This document shows, piece after piece, positions 46,955 through 54,252 of a stretch of 64,000 bases of DNA. How positions within the stretch are numbered: the stretch's first letter is position 1; each line of letters begins with the position of its first letter. The notes below the pieces were generated by a model that saw only the letters and a list, made by a program, of their open reading frames with translations, made no database searches and was not told the origin of the DNA. The translations under genes and the position numbers were made by a program. The stretch is from Acidimicrobiia bacterium (lineage in GTDB: Bacteria > Actinomycetota > Acidimicrobiia > Spongiisociales > JAHEDJ01), in the NCBI GenBank assembly GCA_035471805.1, contig DATIPS010000058.1, forward strand, positions 1,533 through 65,532. Direction: 5' to 3'.

Positions 46955-49738
46955 TCAATGGGCCCTGTAAGCCTCCGGGCTTGGCTTCACCGGGCGATCC
47001 AGCCAGAGCGGTCGGCGGGTTCCATCGGGCCCCGGGCCCGGCTTCGTCTGCGCCAACCATTCCCTGTAGACCTCGAAACTCTTGGAAGTGTCCACAACCA
47101 CGTCACCGTACTGATCGCCCGGCTCGGCCTTCGTGATCCGCACCCGCTGGTGCCAGGCGTGCATGCCGGACACGGGATCGGGATGCGTCGGGAAGGTGAG
47201 ATTCTGGTGAACGCCCGCATCCTTCCACCAGATGCGCTCCGAGTCGGGATCGTCCGATTTGAAAGGTTCGATTCCTTTCTTCTGACGCATCATCCACGTG
47301 CTCGAACCGGTCTTCGTGATGTCCACCAGCGCCGATGACCACCGCTCGTTTCCGAAATCGTCCGAAAGGCGCCAACGACCGAGGTGGTGGCTCGCAGCCA
47401 CGACGCCCGGGCGTATGCCTTCCGTCCGCCAGGCACGAATCACGAAGTGGCCGTTGTCGGTGTTGACCCGCACCAGGTCACCGGTGTCAAGATCGAGCGC
47501 GTCGGCATCGACCGGGTTTATCCATAGAGGGTGGCCGTGGCTGATCTCATACAGGTACTTGGCGTTTCCGGATCTCGTGTGAATGAGCGTCGGCAAGCGA
47601 AAGATCGGCAGAAGGATCCTCTCGTTGCCGGCCATGTCCATTTCTCTCCAGTAGACGTGCGTCTTGAGATACGAGGGGATCGCCTGGTCTGGCCAGCCCC
47701 ATTCGTGCATCGTCTTCGACCACCACTCCAGTTTCTTGGACGGCGATTTGAATCCGGTGACTACATCCGAGTGGACCCGCACGCCCACCGGCTGGCCCTG
47801 TCTCCGGGCAATGCCGTTCATGCCGACGTCGTCGTAGGCGACCGGTCGCTCGTGGACCTCATAGATGTCCTTCTCCACCTCGACCGCGCCGTACTTGCGC
47901 ATGAACTCGAGCGGTGTGATCCCTTCAGCGGCCGCCTTGTCGGGGAGGCCGGGCACGGAGTTGTCGAACATCCACCCGTAGTATTCGTCGACCGAGATGG
48001 GCCGGTTCGGGTCGTTGGGCGACTGGAACCATTGCTTGATGCTCAGTTCGCCGTCCGGGTCGATCCGCCACGACAAGTCGATCCAGAACTCGGTCTCTTC
48101 CCAAACCTCACCCGGATTGGCCTCGTACGTGCGCTCGTATACCTTGCCGTCTCGTTCGCCGGCCACGCGCAGGACGGGTTGGCGGAAACCAAGCCACTGC
48201 CCGGCATGGGTTTCGTAGGAGTGCGTGTCGTGTCTCTCGGCACTCACACCCATCGGCAGGACGTAATCGGCGTACCAGGCCGTCTCCGACCAGGTGGGGG
48301 TGAGGGCGACGTGGAGGCCCACCATGTCCTCGTCTGTCAGCACTTCTATCCAGCTGAACCCATCGGGGTTGGTCCAAACGGGGTTGTATACGCGGGTGAA
48401 GTAGGTGTCGAGTTTCCCCCGACCTTCCTTGAGGAAGTAGGGGAGCAATATGCTCATCTCGTGGTGAGCCAGCGGATACTCGGGCGGCCACAGGAGCTCA
48501 TTCCACCGGTTGTGGGTGGGCGGCATGTTCCAGTGGGTCGGCTTGAACTTGTCCCAGGCGCTCGGCGAGGTGCCCCCCTTGGTGCCGACCGAGCCCGTGA
48601 GGACGTGCAGGAACCACAGGGTCCGGGAGACTTGCCAACCACCCAGATTGCCCGATCCTGCCGAACGCCAGGTGTGACTGGCGAACCGGTGTCCGGCCTC
48701 GGCGATCCCCCTGGCGACCTCCACGAGACGGTCGGCATCGACACCCGACTCCTCGGCGGCCCACTCAGGGGTGTAGGAGGCGTAGGTCTCCTTCAGCACT
48801 GCGATGAACTCGCTGAACGTGCAGGGTCGATCGGGGTAGACCTCGGTGAGGGTCTGCTCCCAGTTGACCCAACGCTCCACGAAGGAGCGATCGATGGCGT
48901 CCCATTCGAGGAGCAGCCGGGCGATGGCGAGCAACATTGCTGCCTCGGTTCCCGGATAGGGCGATAGCCAGATGTCCGACATGGAGGCGGTGTTTGACAG
49001 CCGCGGGTCGATGGTGGCGAGTTTCGCACCCGCCTGCTTGCCCTCCATGATCCGTTGTGCGTGAGGGTTGAAATAGTGGCCGGTTTCCAGGTGAGAGGAC
49101 AACAGCAGAATGAATCGGGCGTTGGCGAAGTCGGCGGAAGGGCGGTCGTGTCCCATCCACATGGCGTAACCAACCCGGGCACCGGACGAGCAGATATTGG
49201 TGTGCGAGTTGTGGCCGTCGACCCCCCAGGCCTTCAGAGTGCGATCCATGAAGCCGTCCTCGCCGGGACGGCCGACGTGATACATGATCTCGTCGTTGCG
49301 ATCCTCCTGGAGCGCCTTGCGCATCCGGCCCGCGATGTCGTCGAGTGCTTCGTCCCAGGAGACCCGCTCCCACTCGCCCGAACCGCGCGGACCCTTGCGC
49401 CGCATCGGGTACAAGATGCGTTCGGGGTCGTAGACCTGGTTGATCGTTGCCGGGCCCTTGGCGCAGTTGCGTCCGCGTGATCCCGGGTGTTCGGGGTTCC
49501 CTTCGAAGCGGCGAATCTCCCCCGTGTCCTTGTCGATCACGGCAAGTAGACCGCAGGCGGATTCGCAGTTGAAACAGGTGGTCGGCACCATACGCACGTT
49601 GTGCTTGACCTTCTCCGGCCAGGCCTGTGCGTCGTACTCCTCCCAATCGTCCCACCGGTCGGGTGGCGGGAAACTGGTGAGTTCGGTTCCCGGCAGCAAT
49701 CGGGGAATCTCGAGGTCCGGCTCTCGGTGTGCGGTCAT
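46955..49738 (-). CDS. molybdopterin-guanine-dinucleotide oxidoreductase catalytic subunit (PsrA/PhsA/SoeA-like), no twin-arginine signal
   Basis: 927 aa; N-terminal CFNCESACGLL [4Fe-4S] motif; MopB domains; no RRxF in first 40 aa. Confidence 0.85.
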   Translation of the reverse strand: MTAHREPDLEIPRLLPGTELTSFPPPDRWDDWEEYDAQAWPEKVKHNVRMVPTTCFNCESACGLLAVIDKDTGEIRRFEGNPEHPGSRGRNCAKGPATINQVYDPERILYPMRRKGPRGSGEWERVSWDEALDDIAGRMRKALQEDRNDEIMYHVGRPGEDGFMDRTLKAWGVDGHNSHTNICSSGARVGYAMWMGHDRPSADFANARFILLLSSHLETGHYFNPHAQRIMEGKQAGAKLATIDPRLSNTASMSDIWLSPYPGTEAAMLLAIARLLLEWDAIDRSFVERWVNWEQTLTEVYPDRPCTFSEFIAVLKETYASYTPEWAAEESGVDADRLVEVARGIAEAGHRFASHTWRSAGSGNLGGWQVSRTLWFLHVLTGSVGTKGGTSPSAWDKFKPTHWNMPPTHNRWNELLWPPEYPLAHHEMSILLPYFLKEGRGKLDTYFTRVYNPVWTNPDGFSWIEVLTDEDMVGLHVALTPTWSETAWYADYVLPMGVSAERHDTHSYETHAGQWLGFRQPVLRVAGERDGKVYERTYEANPGEVWEETEFWIDLSWRIDPDGELSIKQWFQSPNDPNRPISVDEYYGWMFDNSVPGLPDKAAAEGITPLEFMRKYGAVEVEKDIYEVHERPVAYDDVGMNGIARRQGQPVGVRVHSDVVTGFKSPSKKLEWWSKTMHEWGWPDQAIPSYLKTHVYWREMDMAGNERILLPIFRLPTLIHTRSGNAKYLYEISHGHPLWINPVDADALDLDTGDLVRVNTDNGHFVIRAWRTEGIRPGVVAASHHLGRWRLSDDFGNERWSSALVDITKTGSSTWMMRQKKGIEPFKSDDPDSERIWWKDAGVHQNLTFPTHPDPVSGMHAWHQRVRITKAEPGDQYGDVVVDTSKSFEVYREWLAQTKPGPGPDGTRRPLWLDRPVKPSPEAYRAH

Positions 49739-49750
49739 GCGATCCCTTTC

Positions 49751-51319
49751 CTACGAGAGCGGAACACTCTGCCCGGCTTTCACGAATGCGTCGTCGGCGA
49801 ACCAGATCCCCGCCGACGCGGCTAATCCTCCAACGGCTCCTATCCATGTGGCTCCTCCGGCGAGCATGATGGAGCCGAGAGCTATCGGAACGACCACGCC
49901 GATCAGCTGTCCACCGATCCACCATTCCCTGGCGAAGTGGCCGCGGGTCATGTGGTGCATGGCCGCCTCGATGTTCCTGGTCGGGTGAGGTGTAGTCAGT
50001 TCGGCCAGTGCAATCAATCCGAGAACCGAGCAACCGATCACGAGCGTCCATCCGAATGCTCGCTCGGCCGTTTCCCCGACATCGAAGAACAGCGAGGCGA
50101 TCAAGGCCACGCCGCCGCCTGCCGCGAAAGCTCCCGCAATCATGTGGTAGAGCAGCACCGGACTCTGCCACAGGTCACGTGCTTCGGCCTGGCCGAACAG
50201 GAAGGCGGTGTATCCGGCGGTGGCGATGCCCAGCGGCAGTCCGATCCATGCCATGATCTCGACCAGGCCGTCCAACTCGAACAATCCCGCCAGGAACCAC
50301 ACGGCCAGGACGGCCGCATAGGCGCTCAGAATGTAGGCGCCCCGCACCAGCCACGATCCCGGGTTGCCTTTGATGATCAGGTAGTGGAATCGATCGGGGC
50401 GTTTGAGGTCCCAGATCAGCAGCACGCCGGTCAGCGCCAGAAACAATCCGGCGACCAGCGGTGTCGTCCAACGCATCCAGTTGCTTGTGAGTGAGGCGCC
50501 GAACAGCATTGCCATCGCAACGGCGATCGCCAGCCCGGCCGCGATACCTTTCGTGAGGAAGTAGGCGGACACGCGCCATCCCCACGGTGCCGGGTGATCG
50601 GTGTTGTATACGACGCGCGGTGGAGCGGCAGCATGATCCGAGGCCGCCGAAGGAGTCTGCCGGCGGCCGTTGGAGCCGGGGGTCAGGTCGACTGCCATGA
50701 AAGACCCTTCCGATGCTGGTTCGCGCCAAATGCCGCCATCGTGGAGGCTCGTCGCCGCCAGGGGATCGATGCTGGCGCCGTCTGCCCCCAGGTAGAAGAG
50801 GTTGGGGCCGGTTCCCTGTTCGGGAGCGCGGACGGTGGTGACCCGCGTCCGCACCAACCCGGCGATCTCAGTTGTGGGATCGTCCAGGTCGCCGGCGACG
50901 ATGGCGTGTTCGGGACAGACGACGACGCAAGCCGGCTCGAGGCCCACCTCGACGCGGTGGACGCAGTAGTTGCACTTCTGAGCGGTGTGCTCGTTGGGGT
51001 CGATGTAGAGCGAGTCGTACGGGCAAGCCTGCATGCACGATTTGCACCCGATGCAGCGGCTGGTATCGAAGTCGACGATGCCGTCGGAGCGCTTGTTGAG
51101 CGCAGTGGTCGGGCAGATCGCCACGCACGGTGCGTCGGTGCAATGGTTGCACCGCATTACCGAGAAGAAACGCTTGGTTTCCGGCCAGGCGCCTTTCTCT
51201 ACGTACTTGACCCATGTGCGGTTGACCCCCAGCGGAACCCCGTGCTCGGTCTTACAGGCGACCGTGCATGCGTGGCAGCCAATGCATTTCGTCTGGTCGA
51301 TGACAAATCCGTACCTCAG
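49751..51319 (-). CDS. fused 4Fe-4S ferredoxin (PsrB/NrfC/SoeB-like) and NrfD/PsrC-like membrane anchor
   Basis: First-ATG ORF starts at 51157 (MRCNHC). In-frame upstream sequence encodes RYGFVIDQTKCIGCHACTVACK, the canonical first Cys cluster. True start is probably a non-ATG codon near 51319 (CTG after GGGAGGG); upstream TAG at 51338. Confidence 0.7.
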   Translation of the reverse strand: MRYGFVIDQTKCIGCHACTVACKTEHGVPLGVNRTWVKYVEKGAWPETKRFFSVMRCNHCTDAPCVAICPTTALNKRSDGIVDFDTSRCIGCKSCMQACPYDSLYIDPNEHTAQKCNYCVHRVEVGLEPACVVVCPEHAIVAGDLDDPTTEIAGLVRTRVTTVRAPEQGTGPNLFYLGADGASIDPLAATSLHDGGIWREPASEGSFMAVDLTPGSNGRRQTPSAASDHAAAPPRVVYNTDHPAPWGWRVSAYFLTKGIAAGLAIAVAMAMLFGASLTSNWMRWTTPLVAGLFLALTGVLLIWDLKRPDRFHYLIIKGNPGSWLVRGAYILSAYAAVLAVWFLAGLFELDGLVEIMAWIGLPLGIATAGYTAFLFGQAEARDLWQSPVLLYHMIAGAFAAGGGVALIASLFFDVGETAERAFGWTLVIGCSVLGLIALAELTTPHPTRNIEAAMHHMTRGHFAREWWIGGQLIGVVVPIALGSIMLAGGATWIGAVGGLAASAGIWFADDAFVKAGQSVPLS

Positions 51320-51375
51320 CTTGCCCTCCCAGGTTCGCTACAGAGCCCAATTCCCACCCGAGGTCTCGTCGGTTC

Positions 51376-51600
51376 CTACGCTTTCTCGACCACGAAGTGA
51401 TACTCGCTGTCCTGTTCGAACTGTTCCTTCAACGGGTTGCCCGTGTCCTTCGACCAGGCCGGGATGTCGCTGAGGGCGCCGCGGTCGGTTGCGACGAGTT
51501 CGATTGTCTGGCCGGCGGCGGCACCGCTGACGGCCTGACTGAGTTTGAGAACGGGCATCGGGCATTGAAGATTGCGAGCGTCGACGATGATGTCGGCCAT
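51376..51600 (-). CDS. tusA: TusA-family sulfurtransferase
   Basis: 74 aa, CPMP (CPxP) active-site motif at residues 13-16. Confidence 0.75.
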   Translation of the reverse strand: MADIIVDARNLQCPMPVLKLSQAVSGAAAGQTIELVATDRGALSDIPAWSKDTGNPLKEQFEQDSEYHFVVEKA

Positions 51601-51612
51601 GTGCTCTCCTTT

Positions 51613-52140
51613 CTAGATGAACAAGCTGATCGAAGCCTCTTTCATGAGGCTAATTGCGGAACCCGCCCCGACGGGTGCGGAGAGGCCGTCGATGAGATGC
51701 TCATCCTTGAGGCCCATCAAATCCATCGTCATCTGGCACGGCCAGAGGTTCACTCCGAGGCTGATCGCCATTTCGAGCAACTCCTGTACGGAAGCGACGT
51801 TGTGGTCTTCCGCCAGGCCGCGCATCATTGCCGGGCCCATGCCGGCGAAATGGAGCTTGGACAATCCGAGTTTGGACGGCGACGCGTTGTGAAACATCGA
51901 AAGCATCTTCTGGCGCCAGTCGTCGCCCGTCAGGCCGGCATCCTCCTTCTTGAGGATGCCGAGTCCCCAGAAGGTGAAGAAGACCGTGACATCCATGCCG
52001 TAGGCGGCACCGGTGGTGGCCAGGATGAGCACCGGCCAGGCCTTGTCCAGATCGCCCGAAGCGGCGATGATGACCATCTTCTCCTTCTCAGGAGTCGTCT
52101 TATCGGCGACAGGTTCGGTCTGATGAGCAGTATCGGTCAT
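51613..52140 (-). CDS. DsrE/DsrF-family sulfur-relay protein
   Basis: AGGAGG RBS then MTDTAHQ; DsrE-like Rossmann fold. Confidence 0.6.
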   Translation of the reverse strand: MTDTAHQTEPVADKTTPEKEKMVIIAASGDLDKAWPVLILATTGAAYGMDVTVFFTFWGLGILKKEDAGLTGDDWRQKMLSMFHNASPSKLGLSKLHFAGMGPAMMRGLAEDHNVASVQELLEMAISLGVNLWPCQMTMDLMGLKDEHLIDGLSAPVGAGSAISLMKEASISLFI

Positions 52141-52172
52141 CGTCCCTCCTTCTCGTGGGCTCGTCCCCCTGC

Positions 52173-52184
52173 GCGCATATGCGC
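52173..52184. promoter_or_regulatory. perfect 12-bp palindrome GCGCATATGCGC in divergent dsrE / arsR promoter region
   Basis: candidate operator for the adjacent ArsR-family regulator. Confidence 0.35.
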
Positions 52185-52283
52185 CTCGGCGAATCTTGGT
52201 ACGGCCGCTTGCGGGCGTCAACCGGTTCCCGGGGTTTTCTGAGCGAGCACGATGAGGTCGGACCGGTCGGCTATGTTCTTGAG

Positions 52284-52613
52284 ATGCAATCCGTCGCCGA
52301 CGAGCTAACCGCGCTGCACGCCAGGGTCTGCAAGGGCATAGCGGACCCCAAGCGCCTCCTCATCCTCAACGCCCTCCGTGGCGGTGAGCGCTCCGTGATG
52401 GAGCTGTGCGACGATCTGGGCTTGCCTCAGGCCAATGTATCGCAACATCTCGCGGTGCTTCGGGACCGCGGTCTGGTCTGCACCCGCAGAGATGCTCAAC
52501 GGGTGTTCTACTCGTTGACTTCGGTCAAGATCGTCGAAGCCATCGATCTCTTGCGCGAGGTGATGGCAGAGCAGGCAGGCTCGGGTAGCGAGTCGCGCGC
52601 AGCCGGCCGGTAG
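52284..52613 (+). CDS. ArsR/SmtB-family transcriptional regulator (possible BigR/SqrR/CstR-like sulfur sensor)
   Basis: wHTH LADPKRLLILNAL...ELC signature; Cys at positions 16, 42, 66 of the short form; start at ATG 52284. Confidence 0.75.
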   Translation: MQSVADELTALHARVCKGIADPKRLLILNALRGGERSVMELCDDLGLPQANVSQHLAVLRDRGLVCTRRDAQRVFYSLTSVKIVEAIDLLREVMAEQAGSGSESRAAGR

Positions 52614-52676
52614 CCGGAGTCCCGGCCTCCAGACGCTCAAGAACCCCTTGCCGCGCGTCTTGCCCTCCCATAAGAT

Positions 52677-52715
52677 ACATGCGCCGATATGCATGTCAGG
52701 CACCGAGATTGCCTG
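52677..52715. promoter_or_regulatory. two adjacent inverted repeats (ACATGC-n8-GCATGT; CAGGCA-n7-TGCCTG) directly upstream of the RBS of the rhodanese-MBL gene
   Basis: candidate operator / translational hairpin; overlaps GAGGAGGGA RBS region. Confidence 0.3.
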
Positions 52716-52730
52716 TGAGGAGGGAGACCA

Positions 52731-53858
52731 ATGCCCGGCTCGATTACCACCGACGATCTTGCCGCGCGGATCGAGGATCCCGAGAACGCCCCCTACATCC
52801 TCGACTTGCGTGCCGGGGACCAGTTCGAACGCTGGCGCATCGAGGGCAAACTGGCGCTCGACACGGTGAATGTGCCTTACTGGACGGCGCTTGGAGACAT
52901 CGAAGGCATCGCCGCCACGCTTCCCGACGATCGCGACGTGATAGCTATCTGCGCGCACGGAGGATCCTCGGGCATGGTGGTTGAGATGATGGACAAGCCG
53001 AACGTCAAGAACCTCGATGGTGGCATGGACCTGTGGGCTAACACGCTCATACCGCGAGTCCTTTTCGACGACGGCACTCACTTCGTGATCCAGCTGGATC
53101 GAATGGCAAAGGCGTGCCTGTCCTATGCCGTCGGTGCGCGCGGTCACAACATGGCCGTCATTGATCCGGCCGCCGACATCGACCGCTACCTGGCGCTGGC
53201 CGAGAGCTACGGGTCGAAACTGTCCGACATCTTCGATACCCATCTCCACGCCGACCACATATCGATCGGCGCTGCGATGGCCGAGCGCACCGGCGGCACC
53301 TACCGGATCGCGCCGGGCGATGCGGAGGACGCGGTCTTCGAGTACTCGCCTCTGGAGGACGGCCAGGTGTTCACGTTCGGCGAGCTTGAGATGATCGTAC
53401 GGTCGGTGGCGACGCCCGGGCATACTCCCGGATCGACATCACTCGAAGTGCACGGACGATTCCTGATGACGGGTGATGCCGTGTTCGTGACCGGCGTTGG
53501 ACGGCCGGATCTCGGCGGCGAGACCGAGCCCTGGGCCAGGGACCTGTTCAACACGATTCATGTCAAGTTGTCGCCGCTCGATCCGAACCTCGAGGTCTGC
53601 CCCGCGCACTACACGAGCCGCGCCGAATCGCGTGACGACGGGACCTTGCGCCGCAATCTCGGGGATCTGCTCGAGAATGATCCGGTGGTCTCGATTGCGG
53701 ACGAGTCGGAGTTCGTTGATTTCGTGGTGTCCCACCTCGGCGAGCCCCCGGCGATCTACAACGATATCCGAAAGGTGAACCTGGGCTTGCTCAGGCCCGA
53801 CGCAGAGAAGGCGAAGGAACTCGAAGTCGGCCGCAATGAGTGCGCCCTTTCCAAGTGA
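52731..53858 (+). CDS. rhodanese-MBL fold fusion protein (persulfide dioxygenase-like)
   Basis: N-terminal rhodanese with active-site Cys (ICAHGGSSG); C-terminal MBL fold with HLHADH (HxHxDH) motif. Confidence 0.8.
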   Translation: MPGSITTDDLAARIEDPENAPYILDLRAGDQFERWRIEGKLALDTVNVPYWTALGDIEGIAATLPDDRDVIAICAHGGSSGMVVEMMDKPNVKNLDGGMDLWANTLIPRVLFDDGTHFVIQLDRMAKACLSYAVGARGHNMAVIDPAADIDRYLALAESYGSKLSDIFDTHLHADHISIGAAMAERTGGTYRIAPGDAEDAVFEYSPLEDGQVFTFGELEMIVRSVATPGHTPGSTSLEVHGRFLMTGDAVFVTGVGRPDLGGETEPWARDLFNTIHVKLSPLDPNLEVCPAHYTSRAESRDDGTLRRNLGDLLENDPVVSIADESEFVDFVVSHLGEPPAIYNDIRKVNLGLLRPDAEKAKELEVGRNECALSK

Positions 53859-53896
53859 CGGGTGGCCGGCTCCGGAACCCGGGTAACCTCTCTGTC

Positions 53897-54244
53897 GTGA
53901 GCATTCCCCGGAGCCCGATTCTTCCGAACAACGGAAGCCGTGCGCGCGACCATCTCGCCAACGAGCGGACCTACCTCGCCTGGGTGAGGACTGCGCTCGG
54001 CATCATCGGTCTGGGTGTCCTCGTGGAGAAGCTCATTGAGTTGCAGGGCGTGGCGGCGGAAATCGCCGGGTTGAGCATGGTGGCCATGGGGGCTGCGGCG
54101 CTCGTTTACGCAACATTTCGCTACGAGCGAGTGCGGAGGCAGCTCGAAGAAGGGATGTTCCAGACCGCATCCACCGGCCCGATCGTGATCACTGCGCTGG
54201 GGCTGATCATGACGGTCGTCGCCGTCGTTTTCGTCCTGCTGTAG
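53897..54244 (+). CDS. DUF202 (YidH) family small membrane protein
   Basis: LANERTYLAWVRT signature followed by two TM helices. Confidence 0.6.
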   Translation: MSIPRSPILPNNGSRARDHLANERTYLAWVRTALGIIGLGVLVEKLIELQGVAAEIAGLSMVAMGAAALVYATFRYERVRRQLEEGMFQTASTGPIVITALGLIMTVVAVVFVLL

Positions 54245-54252
54245 GCGGAGAC

